A DNA stretch of 64,000 bases from Acidobacteriota bacterium (GCA_965209055.1 OZ242374.1:5472001-5536000); one strand, 5' to 3'; counted from the stretch's first letter, positions 36,356 to 48,507 are shown. Made by a program: numbers and translations. The notes: generated by a model from the sequence alone, not told the origin.

Positions 36356-37988
36356 AGGACTTCTTGACGCGGAAGATATTGAACCACTCCCAAGGCTTCC
36401 CCCCGGTAATGCTGACCGGGAGCATCCCCCAACCGGTGCTGTAGAACCCGGCGTGGGAGGAGGGGTCCAGAATGCGCCACGGAGTGTTCATCGGGGCCGG
36501 GCGCTGCTCCAGCAGGTCGAGGTATTCGTCGGAATCGTAGAGGGTCACCCAGGGGGAAGCCAGGACCGGCTTGACCAGGATATCTCCGGCCTCGGGACCG
36601 ACTTCGGTGCGCTCCAGAATCCTGGCTCCCTCCCGCTCCAGGTAGTGGCGGAAACCCCACTCGGCAGTGAACCAGAGCGTTTTCCCCTCGTTTCCGTAAT
36701 CCTGCGCGATCTCCTGGGCCGCCCGCTGGTAGCTCCGGGCGAAACGGTAGTCGGCGTGGGCGATGGTCAGGGAGTAGGCGGCGGTCAGCACCACCCCGAG
36801 CCAGACCAGGTTCCGGAGCAGATAGGCCTCCTTGACCCGTTGCTCCAGGGTGGCGATCCAGAGCAGGATCACCGGGCCCGCCACCAGCGTCGAGTAACGC
36901 ACCGATCCCGAGTAGTACATGAGGAGGCATGCCAGGCACCCCCCGAAAAACCAGAGCCAGACGGGAAGCCAGCGCCAGTCCCGCCGGGAGAGGAGGTCGG
37001 TCCCGCAGCCGGACAGAAAGCGCCAGAAGACGGCGACGCCGCTGGAGAGAAACAGGGAAAACAGGAACGCCTGGATCCAGGTCCAATCCTCCCGCCACAG
37101 ATAGAAGGGGACGAAGGAGAGCAGGAACAGGACGGCCAGAATTCGGGCGCCGACGCGGCCGGCCAATCCGTACCAGAGGGCCACGGGAAAGATCACCGTT
37201 CCCCCCAGGTTCAACAGGAGAGAGAGAGTCTTCTCCCCCATGATCCAACCCGAATAGATGTCCCGTCCGAGTGCGTGGAGAGCCGTGTTGAGCAGCAGGA
37301 ATCGATCGTAGTGCAGATACGCGCGCAGGTACCACAGGCCCCACAACAGCAGCGGCGATGCCAGAACCAGCAGCGCCTTGCCCCGGGAAATCCGGGGAGC
37401 CCCGGACTCGCGCAGGAAGAGACAGACCAGCATCAACAGCATCAAGCCGGCCCCCAGGACGGAGATGAAACAGGTCCCCAGCAACGACGCTCCCCAGATC
37501 AGCCAGTCCCACCGCGAGGCGGTCCCGTCCCTGACCCGCAGGAAACGGGACAGGGCCACAATCCACAAGGACCAGAAGGGGACATCGGTCATGATCGTGT
37601 GGCTGGAGACGAGAAACCCGGGCGCCGTGACCAGGAGGCAGGAGGCAGCCAGGGGAAATCGGACATAGCGGCGAGCCAGATCGTGAAACCCCCAAGCCGC
37701 CAGGAGGGGAAAGACCAGAAAGCCGAGATGGTAGACCCATTCCGACTCGCTGTTGGCGACCCACTTCAGCAGCGCCAGGTAATAGCTGACCAGGGGCAGG
37801 TGGCTGTGACTGGCGCCGTCGGGCGCCCCCATGCCCTCGAAGCTGATGCGGAAGTCATAAGGGTAGAGGGGCTTCTGCAGAATGTTGTCGGCCACCCGCA
37901 GATAGATGCGGTCGTCGATGTGGAAGGCCTGGAAGAGGAAAGGGAGCTGAATCCCCAGAATCAGCAGGATCAGGACTCTGGCCCGCAT
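36318..37988 (-). CDS. GT-C fold (GT39-like) glycosyltransferase
   Basis: FHIDDRIY acidic motif after TM1; SHLPLVSYYLA; IMTDVP; SVRY; many TM segments. Confidence 0.75.
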   Translation of the reverse strand: MRARVLILLILGIQLPFLFQAFHIDDRIYLRVADNILQKPLYPYDFRISFEGMGAPDGASHSHLPLVSYYLALLKWVANSESEWVYHLGFLVFPLLAAWGFHDLARRYVRFPLAASCLLVTAPGFLVSSHTIMTDVPFWSLWIVALSRFLRVRDGTASRWDWLIWGASLLGTCFISVLGAGLMLLMLVCLFLRESGAPRISRGKALLVLASPLLLWGLWYLRAYLHYDRFLLLNTALHALGRDIYSGWIMGEKTLSLLLNLGGTVIFPVALWYGLAGRVGARILAVLFLLSFVPFYLWREDWTWIQAFLFSLFLSSGVAVFWRFLSGCGTDLLSRRDWRWLPVWLWFFGGCLACLLMYYSGSVRYSTLVAGPVILLWIATLEQRVKEAYLLRNLVWLGVVLTAAYSLTIAHADYRFARSYQRAAQEIAQDYGNEGKTLWFTAEWGFRHYLEREGARILERTEVGPEAGDILVKPVLASPWVTLYDSDEYLDLLEQRPAPMNTPWRILDPSSHAGFYSTGWGMLPVSITGGKPWEWFNIFRVKKSYDGPVPEPATHW

Positions 37989-37994
37989 TTCGGG

Positions 37995-39011
37995 CTAGTG
38001 ATCCCTGAATATCGGCATCTTGTAGAAGATGGCCAGCTTCTCCATCCTGGGAATCCAGCGGCGGACCTTCAGCGTGTCCACCATGAAGCTGCCCAGGATG
38101 ATTGGAAGACGCGGATTGGGCGCGTGGCAGTCCTGGCACTCGGGGTAGTCGGTCAGGTCGCCCTTCAGATGAGCCTCGCGCATGCGGTTCATCCTCTCCG
38201 AATTCCAGAGGTCGTGGATGGAGGAGTCCCGGACGTTGCCGATGGGTTCGGACTGCCAGGTATGGCAACAGGGGAAGAATTCTCCCTTGTAGTTGACCAT
38301 GGCCGGCCCCTGCCAGAGCTGATAGCAGGGATGCCGCCGCCGGGTGTGCTGGACCCTTTCCTCCAACGCCACGTCCGGAATGACGATCTCGTCTTCCTTG
38401 ATGCGGACTTCGTCGACCCCGTCGATGGACCACATCCGCTGAAAGTCCCGGACCTGATGCTGGTTTTCGGGCAGGCGGACCATCTGTAGGACCACGAACA
38501 GATCGGGACGCTGGACCCTCTTCATCTCCAGAAAGCTCAGGATGTTGGCCCTGACCTTCTCGAAATCGGCCCCCTTGCGGTACTTCTCGTAAGTTTCGGG
38601 AGTGGTTCCGTCGAAGGCGATGATGAGACTGTCCAGACCCGACTCCAGGAGTTCCTGGCTCCGGCGTTGATCCAACAGGGTGGCGTTGGTCGAGACCACC
38701 GTGTAGATGTCGGCGTCCTTGCAGTACCGGACCATGCGGAAAATGTCGGGATTCATGAGAGGCTCGCCGCCTCCCCAAGGGAACACCAATTCGGTCTTCT
38801 GGCTGATTTCATCGATGATCTGCTGGAAGAGGCCGAAATCGAAGTCTTCAGGAGGATAGTAGCCCAGCTCCCGCGGACACATGGGGCACTTGAGGTTGCA
38901 TTTCCCAGTGTTCTCGATGATGAGGGTGATGGGGTAGGCTTCCAGGTCGGCGCGTCCCGTCAGGTATCCCGAGAGCAACTTCCACCGATTCCGTGCCTGA
39001 GTCAGCCGCAT
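37995..39011 (-). CDS. Radical SAM protein with C-terminal SPASM/twitch domain
   Basis: CNLKCPMC (CX3CX2C), GGGEP, STNATLL; C-terminal PCYQLW...PCCH...IGNV...LWNS...CQDC. Confidence 0.92.
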   Translation of the reverse strand: MRLTQARNRWKLLSGYLTGRADLEAYPITLIIENTGKCNLKCPMCPRELGYYPPEDFDFGLFQQIIDEISQKTELVFPWGGGEPLMNPDIFRMVRYCKDADIYTVVSTNATLLDQRRSQELLESGLDSLIIAFDGTTPETYEKYRKGADFEKVRANILSFLEMKRVQRPDLFVVLQMVRLPENQHQVRDFQRMWSIDGVDEVRIKEDEIVIPDVALEERVQHTRRRHPCYQLWQGPAMVNYKGEFFPCCHTWQSEPIGNVRDSSIHDLWNSERMNRMREAHLKGDLTDYPECQDCHAPNPRLPIILGSFMVDTLKVRRWIPRMEKLAIFYKMPIFRDH

Positions 39012-39039
39012 AGGTCTCTACCCGGGATATGCGGTGCTC

Positions 39040-39048
39040 ATCTTAGCA
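39040..39048 (-). promoter_or_regulatory. Extended -10 promoter element for the rSAM-GT-GT operon
   Basis: TG-C-TAAGAT on the minus strand, 28 nt upstream of the rSAM ATG. Confidence 0.5.
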
Positions 39049-39085
39049 GAATCACCACTCCAGAACTGATTTGACGGAATGGAGA

Positions 39086-41803
39086 TCAGAGGATCTGCCC
39101 CTCGGCGAAGAGGGGGGCCGCCCGGATGGCCGCCTGGGCCGCCGCCAGACGGGCCACGGGAACCCGAAACGGCGAACAGCTCACGTAGTCCATCTTGATC
39201 CGATGACAGAAATCGATGGATGCGGTGTCCCCGCCGTGTTCCCCGCAGATCCCGATCTCCAGGTTGGGACGCCGGGACCGGCCTTCCCGGACCGCTATCC
39301 GAATCAGCTTCCCGACGCCCTCCTGGTCCAGGGTCTGGAATGGGTTCGACGGCAGGATGCCCTCGTCCACGTAGCGCAACAGGAAGTGCGTTTCGGCGTC
39401 GTCCCGGGAGTAGCCCAGGGTCATCTGGGTCAGGTCGTTGGTGCCGAAAGAGAAAAACTCGGCAACCTCGGCCAATTGACTCGCGGTGATGGCGGCCCGG
39501 GGCACTTCGATCATGGTCCCGAACCTGTACTCGAGCCGGCATCCTCGCTCCCGCATGACCTCCACGGCCACCCGCTCCAGGACCGGCTGGATCACCTTCA
39601 ACTCGTTGACGTGCCCTACGAGAGGGATCAGGACCTTGGGCCGGACCGTTCCCCCCTCCTGAGCCACGTCGCAAGCCGCCTCGAAGACGGCCCTCACCTG
39701 CATGCTCACGATTCCCGGCATCACGATACTGAGCCGAATTCCCCGCAGCCCCATCATGGGATTGCTCTCGTGCAGCTTCCTCAGCGTCGCCAGTGTCCGC
39801 TGCAACTCGCCCACCTCCTGTGTCCGCCCTTCGGTTCGGCACACCTGCAGGCGCTCCCGGATCTCCTCCTCCGTGGGCAGGAACTCGTGCAGCGGCGGAT
39901 CGATGAGCCGGATCACTACGGGACGCCCGTCCATCACCCGGAAGAGGCCTTCAAAATCTCCCCGTTGCAGGGGCAGAAGACGATCCAGAGCCTGTTTCCG
40001 CTCGACCTCGTTACTCGAGAGGATCATCTGGCGGACGATGGGCAGGCGGCTGGTCTCGAAGAACATGTGCTCGGTCCGGCACAAGCCCACCCCTTCGGCG
40101 CCGTAGGCCAACGCACGAACCGCATCCTGGGGGTGGTCCGCGTTGGCCAGGACACCCAGATGACGACGGCTGTCGGCCCAGGAAAGGAGCGTCTGCAGGT
40201 CGTTTTGCTCTTCCAGCTTGGATTCGACGGTCGGAATCTTTCCCAGAAAAATTTCTCCCGAGGTCCCGTCGAGGGAGATCCAATCCCCCTCCTGAACCAG
40301 ATGCCCGTTGGCCCTGAGCCAACGTTTCGTCTCTCGAAGTTCCATCCCTCCGGCTCCGACCACGCAGGGCACCCCGAACTGACGAGCCACCACGGCGGCA
40401 TGGCTCGTCGCCCCACCTTCGATGGTCAGGATGCCTCGCGACGCCAGCATGCCGTGAACGTCGTCGGGCCGGGTAAAGGGGCGCACCATGACCACGTCGG
40501 TTCCCTCTTTTCCCCATCTCTCGGCCGTGTCGGCGTCGAAGGCCGCCCGTCCCACCGCGGCCCCCGGAGAAGCGTTGACTCCTCTGCCCAAAAGGTTCCC
40601 GGCGGTCCTCGCCTCTCCCTTGGCTCGAGGCGCGAAAGCAGGGTGCAGGAAGACGTCGACGTCTTCGGGACGGACGCGGAGCAGCGCCTCGTCCCGAGTG
40701 ATGCGTCCCTCCTTGCAAAGATCCACGGCAATTCGAATGGCCGCCCTGGCCGTTCTCTGCCCGGACCGCGTCTGCAGGATCCAGAGCTTGTTCCGCTCGA
40801 CGGTGAACTCCACGTCCTGCATGTCGCCATAGTGCTGTTCCAGTTTCCGGCAGATTCGAGTCAGCTCCCGGGCGACTCCCGGCATCCGGGTCCCGAGGTC
40901 GGCGATCGTCTCCGTATTGCGGATTCCGGCCACAACGTCCTCTCCCTGGGCGTTGGTGAGGTAATCGCCGTAGAGCGCCGGGGCTCCGGTCACCGGATTC
41001 CGCGTAAAGACCACGCCGGTGCCGGAATCGAGGCCCATGTTCCCGAAGACCATGGAAACGACGTTGACCGCCGTCCCCAGGTCGTGGGGAATGCCCGAGG
41101 CGTTGCGATAGTCGACGGCGCGCTTGCCGTTCCAGCTCCCAAAGACCGCCTGAACCGCCATCCGAAGCTGTTCCAAGGGGTCCTGCGGAAACTCGCCGCG
41201 GGCCTTCACCCGGATAATGCGTTTGAATTCTGCCGTCAACTCCTTCCAGTCCGAAGCCGTCAGATCTGCGTCCGACGACGCCCGCCGGCTGCGTTTTGAC
41301 CGCGCCAGATGCGACTCGAACGCTTCGTCGTCCAACTCCAGCACCACACTGCCGAACATCTGGACCAGGCGGCGATAGGCGTCGGCCGCGAACCGGTGGT
41401 CTCCGGAGCCGGCAGCGAGCCCCGCAGCCGTCTCGTCGTTGAGCCCCACGTTGAGCACCGTATCCATCATTCCGGGCATGGAGTGCATGGCCCCGGAACG
41501 GCAGGAGACGAGCAGCGGGTTCCGGGCATTGCCGAAGCCCTTGCCCGTCGCCTCCTCCATCCAGGCCATGGCCTCCAGCACCTGGTCCCACAACCCCTCG
41601 GGGAAGACACCTCCCGAGTTCAGGTATTCCACGCACGCTTCCGTGGTGATGACGAAACCGGGCGGCACAGGCAGGCCGCTGCGGCTGATCTCGGCCAGGC
41701 TTGCACCCTTCCCGCCGAGAAGCGCCCGCAAAGACTCCTTCTCGTGATGAGTCTCGCCAGGAGACACTTCGTCGAACCGGAACACCCATTTTCCGCTGTT
41801 CAT
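39086..41803 (-). CDS. ppdK: Pyruvate, phosphate dikinase
   Basis: LLGGKG, RSGA...SMPGMMDTVLN, NAQGEDVVAG, GGATSHAAVVAR (phospho-His), GLCRTEHMFF, GTMIEVPRA, FSFGTNDLTQ, GICGEHGG. Confidence 0.97.
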   Translation of the reverse strand: MNSGKWVFRFDEVSPGETHHEKESLRALLGGKGASLAEISRSGLPVPPGFVITTEACVEYLNSGGVFPEGLWDQVLEAMAWMEEATGKGFGNARNPLLVSCRSGAMHSMPGMMDTVLNVGLNDETAAGLAAGSGDHRFAADAYRRLVQMFGSVVLELDDEAFESHLARSKRSRRASSDADLTASDWKELTAEFKRIIRVKARGEFPQDPLEQLRMAVQAVFGSWNGKRAVDYRNASGIPHDLGTAVNVVSMVFGNMGLDSGTGVVFTRNPVTGAPALYGDYLTNAQGEDVVAGIRNTETIADLGTRMPGVARELTRICRKLEQHYGDMQDVEFTVERNKLWILQTRSGQRTARAAIRIAVDLCKEGRITRDEALLRVRPEDVDVFLHPAFAPRAKGEARTAGNLLGRGVNASPGAAVGRAAFDADTAERWGKEGTDVVMVRPFTRPDDVHGMLASRGILTIEGGATSHAAVVARQFGVPCVVGAGGMELRETKRWLRANGHLVQEGDWISLDGTSGEIFLGKIPTVESKLEEQNDLQTLLSWADSRRHLGVLANADHPQDAVRALAYGAEGVGLCRTEHMFFETSRLPIVRQMILSSNEVERKQALDRLLPLQRGDFEGLFRVMDGRPVVIRLIDPPLHEFLPTEEEIRERLQVCRTEGRTQEVGELQRTLATLRKLHESNPMMGLRGIRLSIVMPGIVSMQVRAVFEAACDVAQEGGTVRPKVLIPLVGHVNELKVIQPVLERVAVEVMRERGCRLEYRFGTMIEVPRAAITASQLAEVAEFFSFGTNDLTQMTLGYSRDDAETHFLLRYVDEGILPSNPFQTLDQEGVGKLIRIAVREGRSRRPNLEIGICGEHGGDTASIDFCHRIKMDYVSCSPFRVPVARLAAAQAAIRAAPLFAEGQIL

Positions 41804-41907
41804 TTGAGCCGCCCCAAACGGAGATTCGAATAGAACGATCCGAGAAGGAAATCCCGCGGGAACCCGGAGACGTGCGGGAGCCGGTCCCGCGTCACCGGCG
41901 ATACGGG

Positions 41908-43233
<1,326 letters not shown>

Positions 43234-43293
43234 TCACCTCGAATTCATGCCGCCACGGGCACCGCATGAGTTTTTCGCCGTCCGCCCGTCGAA

Positions 43294-45345
43294 TTATGTC
43301 CTCGCGACCATGGAAATGTCCGCGTAGGACAAGAAAAGCTGTGAGATCTCATGGAGGATTCGCAATCGGTTCCGGCGCAGATCTTCTTCGTGCGACATGA
43401 CGAGCACGTCGTCGAAGAAACGGTCGACGGGCCCGCGCAAGCGGGCCATCTGCTTCAGCGCTTCCAGAAACTCCCCCTTCTCCAACCTGGCGGCGACCTG
43501 GGGGCGCGTCTCCTGGACCGCCCGGTTCAATGTCCGTTCCGCCGGTTCTCTCAAATCGCCGGCGCGGACCTGATCCAGCTCGATGGCCTGGCCCGCCAGA
43601 ATATTCTTGATCCTCTTGTAGGCCGTTGCCAACACTTCGAAATCCGCTTCGTTCCTCATCTCCTCCAGCGCGACCGCCTTCCGGAACCGGAGATGCAGAC
43701 TCTGACGAGAGTCTACCGCTTGTACGGCCTGGATGACGTCGTCGGACACGCCCCGGTTCTGAAACACATGCCGGACCCGCCGCTCCAGGAAGGCCAGGAT
43801 CCGGCCTTCCGGTTCCGGACCGGCCTCGTCTTCCGGGAGCGACTGCCGCGCCATCCGGGCCAGGTCTTCGAGCGGATAGTCGAGACGAAACTCCAGCAAT
43901 ATCTTAACGATGCCCAGGGCCTGACGGCGGAGCGCGAAAGGATCGCTGGAGCCTGTGGGAACGATTCCACCGGCGATACACGTGCTGACGGTATCCAGCT
44001 TGTCCGCCAGGGCCAACAGGGCCCCGCCCGGCGTGGAGGGAGGGGCATCGCTGAGAGAGACCGGCTTGTAGTGCTCCAGGACGGCCTTCCAGACCGCAGC
44101 GGGATAACCCTCCCGGCGCGCGTAGAGGCCCCCCATGACCCCCTGCAACTCCGGAAGCTCGCGGACCATCTCGGAAGTGAGATCGGCCTTGGAGAAAAGG
44201 GCCGCCCGCTCCAGGTGAGGGTCGGACTTCAATCGGGCACAGAGCGCCTTCACCCGGTTCACCTTGTCCAGGTAACTTCCCAGCCGCTGGTGAAAGACGA
44301 TGCCGGCCAGCTTTTCGCACCGCTTCTCCATGCTGGTCTTGAGATCGGTCCGCCAGAAAAACGCCGCGTCTTCGAGGCGGGCTCTCAATACCCTCTCGTG
44401 CCCTTGGAGGATCCGGCCATCCGAGTCGGCGTCGGTGTTGACCACGGTCAGGAAGTGGGGCCGGAGCTGCCCTTCCCCGTCAATCACCGAGAAGTATTTC
44501 TGGTGGTGGCGCATGACCGTCACCAGCACCTGCCGGGGGATATCCAGAAAGCCCTCGTCGAAGCCTCCGCACAGGACGCTGGGATACTCGTTGAGCTGGA
44601 CGACCGTTTCCAGAAGGCGTGCGTCTTCCACCGGAGTCAGCCCGCGGGGAACCTTCCGGACCAGCTCCCCGGCGATCTTGCGGCGCCGCTCGTCCATGCC
44701 GACCAGGACGTAGTTCCGGCGCATCCGGTCAGGGTACTCCTCTGCATGAGCCAACCGGATCTCATCCTTCCCCAGGAACCGGTGGCCACGCGTGATCCTT
44801 CCCGAGTCGATTCCTTCGAATCGAAAGGAGACGACCTGTGAATCCCACAGCGAGACGCACCAGCGAAGGGGCCGGATAAATCGAAACCGGCTCTCCCGCC
44901 AGACCATGCCGCGCGGCCAGGAGAGGCCGGCCACCAGCCGGGGGATCTCTTCCTGGAGTATTTCCGGGAGGGAACGGCCCGGAATCCTCTTCCGGTATCC
45001 CAGGTAATCGCCCTTGGGAGTCTCGACCCGCTCCAACATTTGCACGTTCAGCCCCTGGCTGCGAGCGAATCCGACAGCAGCCCTCCCGGGTTCCCCATCG
45101 GGTCCCAAGGCGACGCGGACTGGAGGACCCAGGACAAGCTCTTCCCTCCCCGGCTGGCGCCCCGGCAGCCCGCCGGCCAGCAGGGCCAGTCTCCTGGGAG
45201 TGCCGTAGGACCGAACCGGGACCGGGGACACTCCTTCCCGGGCCATCAACTCTTCCAGATTTCGGCCAAGCCCGGCCAGAGCCGGAGAGATGACGTCGGC
45301 AGGCATCTCCTCCAGGCCCAACTCAAGCAGATAGCTGTGACCCAT
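43294..45345 (-). CDS. glyS: Glycine--tRNA ligase beta subunit
   Basis: [59 protein letters not shown]. Confidence 0.96.
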   Translation of the reverse strand: MGHSYLLELGLEEMPADVISPALAGLGRNLEELMAREGVSPVPVRSYGTPRRLALLAGGLPGRQPGREELVLGPPVRVALGPDGEPGRAAVGFARSQGLNVQMLERVETPKGDYLGYRKRIPGRSLPEILQEEIPRLVAGLSWPRGMVWRESRFRFIRPLRWCVSLWDSQVVSFRFEGIDSGRITRGHRFLGKDEIRLAHAEEYPDRMRRNYVLVGMDERRRKIAGELVRKVPRGLTPVEDARLLETVVQLNEYPSVLCGGFDEGFLDIPRQVLVTVMRHHQKYFSVIDGEGQLRPHFLTVVNTDADSDGRILQGHERVLRARLEDAAFFWRTDLKTSMEKRCEKLAGIVFHQRLGSYLDKVNRVKALCARLKSDPHLERAALFSKADLTSEMVRELPELQGVMGGLYARREGYPAAVWKAVLEHYKPVSLSDAPPSTPGGALLALADKLDTVSTCIAGGIVPTGSSDPFALRRQALGIVKILLEFRLDYPLEDLARMARQSLPEDEAGPEPEGRILAFLERRVRHVFQNRGVSDDVIQAVQAVDSRQSLHLRFRKAVALEEMRNEADFEVLATAYKRIKNILAGQAIELDQVRAGDLREPAERTLNRAVQETRPQVAARLEKGEFLEALKQMARLRGPVDRFFDDVLVMSHEEDLRRNRLRILHEISQLFLSYADISMVART

Positions 45346-46228
45346 GATCTTCCAGGTAAAGCCGTGCGGTCGCCACTGCCAGGGCGCGCACCCGGGCAAT
45401 CAGGGCGACGCGCTCGGTGACACTGATGGCGCCCCGGCTGTCCAGCAGGTTGAAGGTGTGGGAGCACTTCAGACAATAGTCGTACGCCGGGAGGACGCAT
45501 CTGGCCTCGTGGCAACGCCGGCATTCCTCCTCGTAGAGTCGAAACAGGTTGAAAAGCAGATCCGTGTCGGCAACCTCGAAGCTGTAACGGGAGAACTCGG
45601 CCTCTTCCAGCCAACGAATCTGCCCGTACGTCTTCTCCCGGTTCCACAGGAGTTGGTAAACGCTGTCCTCGCCTGAGATGAAGGCTGCGATCCTCTCCAG
45701 CCCGTAGGTCAGCTCCACCGGGACCGGCATCAATTCGATACCGCCGGCCTGCTGAAAATAGGTGAACTGCGTGATCTCGAGCCCGTCCAGGAGCACTTGC
45801 CAGCCCACGCCCCAGGCGCCCAGGGTGGGACTCTCCCAATTGTCCTCTTCGAAACGGATGTCGTGACGCTTCAGATCCACGCCGATGCTCCCAAGGCTCT
45901 CGAGGTAAAGGTCCTGAATGTCCTCCGGCGACGGCTTGAGAATGACCTGCAACTGGTGGTGGCGATAGAGTCGATTCGGATTCTGTCCGTACCGTCCGTC
46001 GGCCGGCCGGCGGCTGGGCTGGACGTAGACGACGCTGTAGGGTTCAGGGCCCAGAACCCGCAAAAAGGTTTCCGGGTGCATGGTCCCGGCGCCGACCTCG
46101 GTGTCGTAGGGCTGTTGCGCCACACAACCCGCGTCCATCCAGAATTCGAGCAGACGGTGCACGATGTCCTGAAAAGTCTGCGGAGCTTCGGCTCCATCCC
46201 TGGATGCTGCACGGTCGGATTCGTTCAT
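45323..46228 (-). CDS. glyQ: Glycine--tRNA ligase alpha subunit
   Basis: [51 protein letters not shown]. Confidence 0.97.
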   Translation of the reverse strand: MNESDRAASRDGAEAPQTFQDIVHRLLEFWMDAGCVAQQPYDTEVGAGTMHPETFLRVLGPEPYSVVYVQPSRRPADGRYGQNPNRLYRHHQLQVILKPSPEDIQDLYLESLGSIGVDLKRHDIRFEEDNWESPTLGAWGVGWQVLLDGLEITQFTYFQQAGGIELMPVPVELTYGLERIAAFISGEDSVYQLLWNREKTYGQIRWLEEAEFSRYSFEVADTDLLFNLFRLYEEECRRCHEARCVLPAYDYCLKCSHTFNLLDSRGAISVTERVALIARVRALAVATARLYLEDHGSQLSA

Positions 46229-46237
46229 TGCCGGGTT

Positions 46238-46879
46238 TCAGAGGAGTTCCTTCAGCAGTTTCCGTGTCTTCAGCGGTTTTTCGAGGTGGTATTCTAACAA
46301 CTTCTCCGAAAAGCGCGCTAACGTTTTGTCCTCCTCAAGGGTCAGGCACTCCGCCTCCAGCGAGGCCGGCGGCACCCGCATGAAAGACTTGGCCCTGGCC
46401 GCCAGTGGGCGGGACAGTTCGCCGTCAAGGTCGGGAAGAACCCCTTCCAACCTGAGGGTCCAGAGTTCCAGGTAACGAGACAACAGGGAGATGGGGACCG
46501 AACCGACGGCCGCAAGAACGGCCAGGGCCAGGCGGAAGAGATGCTCGCTCTCCTCCTGTTCCCGGCTGAACTCGAGGAGAAGCTCGGCAAAATAGCTCAG
46601 ATGCAGTGTGGACTCCAACGTGGTGCTTCCCCGCGGAAAGACCCGCAACACCTCGCAACTCCGGATCACCGCCAGTTCCTGGTGCTCCTTGCGATGAAAG
46701 CTTAACTTCACGTAGTTCAGGGGCTCCAGGCTGCCCCCGAATCTGCCGCCTGACTTGCGGGCGCCGTGGGCGATGCCCCGCAATTTTCCGAAACTCCGGG
46801 TAAAGAAGACGGCAATCTTGTGCGATTCGGAGAAAGGATAGGTTCTGAGGGTGATCGCCTCGGATTGGTGGCGGCTCAT
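46238..46879 (-). CDS. recO: DNA repair protein RecO (short, no zinc finger)
   Basis: SEAITLR...SESHKI...FT...GKLRGIAHGARKS...FGGSLEP; lies directly upstream of glyQ. Confidence 0.9.
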   Translation of the reverse strand: MSRHQSEAITLRTYPFSESHKIAVFFTRSFGKLRGIAHGARKSGGRFGGSLEPLNYVKLSFHRKEHQELAVIRSCEVLRVFPRGSTTLESTLHLSYFAELLLEFSREQEESEHLFRLALAVLAAVGSVPISLLSRYLELWTLRLEGVLPDLDGELSRPLAARAKSFMRVPPASLEAECLTLEEDKTLARFSEKLLEYHLEKPLKTRKLLKELL

Positions 46880-48243
46880 GAGGAGGAGACGACGGTCAGG
46901 AAATACGTCGCCAATCCCAGGAAGGAAAGAAAACCGACCATGTCCGTGAAGGTGGTCAGAATGATGCTCGAAGCGACGGCGGGGTCGACGTTGATTTTGA
47001 TCAGAAACAGGGGAATCAATGTGCCGACGATGCCGGCCACGAGAATGTTGATGATGAGCGCCCCGCCCAAAACGAATCCCAACTCAAAGCTGCCCTTCCA
47101 GGCGAAAGCCACGGCCCCGCACAACAATCCCAAGACGACTCCATTGGTAAGGGCGACCGCCAGTTCCTTTCCCAACGCCGCTCGACTGCTCTTCCAGGTC
47201 ACCTCTCCCAGGGCGAGTCCGCGGACGATCACAGTCAAGGTCTGGGTCCCCGAATTGCCCCCCATCCCGGCCACCACCGGCAGAAAGACGGCCAGATACG
47301 AAAACTTGGCGATGGTGGGTTCGAAAAAGGCGACGATCGTGGCCGCCAGCAGAGCCGTCACCAGATTGATGAGCAGCCACGGCAGCCGTTTTCTCACCGA
47401 TTTCCGAGGCGGCGTGTAGATCCGATCGTCACTCTCCACGCCCGCCATGTAGAAGATGTCCTCGGTGGCCTCTTCCTTGATGACGTCGATCACGTCGTCC
47501 ACGGTGATCACGCCCACGAGCTTGTTCTCCTCGTCCACCACCGGGATGGCCAGGAGGTCGTAGAGGGCCACTTGCCGTGCCACTTCTTCCTGGTCCGTAT
47601 CGGTCCGCACCGAGAGGATGTCGGTGGTCATGATCTTTCTCAGCGGCGTGCTGGGAGGAACCATGATCAGTCCCCGCAGGGAGACGATCCCGACCAGATG
47701 AGACCGTTTGTCCACCACATAGACATAGAAGGACATTTCCAGATCTTCAGCGGTCTGGATCGTGTGGATGGCCTCTCCCACCGTCACCACCTCTTGGAAG
47801 GCCAGCACGTTGGGAGTCATGATCCGGCCGGCGGTTTCCGCCTTATGCTCCAGCAGGCCCTGGACTTCGGCCGATTCCTCCGTGGCCATCAGATCCAGGA
47901 TTGCCGCGGCCCGGTCTTCGGGCAGGGCCGAGATGAATTGGGCGGCGTCGTCGCTCTCCAGCTCCTGGAGGACCGCGGCCGCCTCGTCGGCGGAAAAGTG
48001 GGCCAGAAGCGCGATGGCCGGATCGAGACCCATCCCGGTGAGAGTCTGTCCCGCCAGGTCCTTGTCCTTCTTGATGAGCAGCGAGAAGACCCGCCGCTGC
48101 TGCAGCTCACCCAGCTCCAGCATGATGTGGGAGATGTCTCCGGGGCGCAGCTTGGACAGAAGGTTGGCGACGTGCTCGAACGCACTCCGCCTCAGGAGGC
48201 GGCGGACGGATTGTGCCAGCAGATGAATCTTATGCGTCTGCAT
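46876..48243 (-). CDS. mgtE: Magnesium transporter MgtE
   Basis: ESDDAA, TAGRIMT, CBS pair, ITVDDVIDV, RLPWLLINL, GMGGNSGTQ, DPAVASS, TTFTD. Confidence 0.96.
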   Translation of the reverse strand: MQTHKIHLLAQSVRRLLRRSAFEHVANLLSKLRPGDISHIMLELGELQQRRVFSLLIKKDKDLAGQTLTGMGLDPAIALLAHFSADEAAAVLQELESDDAAQFISALPEDRAAAILDLMATEESAEVQGLLEHKAETAGRIMTPNVLAFQEVVTVGEAIHTIQTAEDLEMSFYVYVVDKRSHLVGIVSLRGLIMVPPSTPLRKIMTTDILSVRTDTDQEEVARQVALYDLLAIPVVDEENKLVGVITVDDVIDVIKEEATEDIFYMAGVESDDRIYTPPRKSVRKRLPWLLINLVTALLAATIVAFFEPTIAKFSYLAVFLPVVAGMGGNSGTQTLTVIVRGLALGEVTWKSSRAALGKELAVALTNGVVLGLLCGAVAFAWKGSFELGFVLGGALIINILVAGIVGTLIPLFLIKINVDPAVASSIILTTFTDMVGFLSFLGLATYFLTVVSSS

Positions 48244-48507
48244 ACTCTCACCCCCGGCGCAAGCGGCTCAGTTCAGTCCCGCTGCGGCGGTTGGACACGG
48301 GACAGGTTCGTTCGGCGCCATCGTAACCCAGAACTCTCGTCGGGTCGCCGCATGACCACGAAAAAAATCACGTTGCGGGGCATTTGTTCGTCCTCGTCGG
48401 GGATCGAGGTTTTCCGGTTCCGGACCGTGCCGGGTGCATCTGAGCGAGAAATGCGTGCCCGCCGCCGAAAACTTCCTGTTTCGTGAAACGGAGCAGCGAA
48501 TGGGCAC

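Noticed and set aside
37995-39011. rSAM as an anaerobic sulfatase maturase or RiPP maturase
   Set aside because: It has only a short twitch-type Cys set, no adjacent sulfatase, precursor peptide or PqqD domain, and its operon partners are glycosyltransferases.
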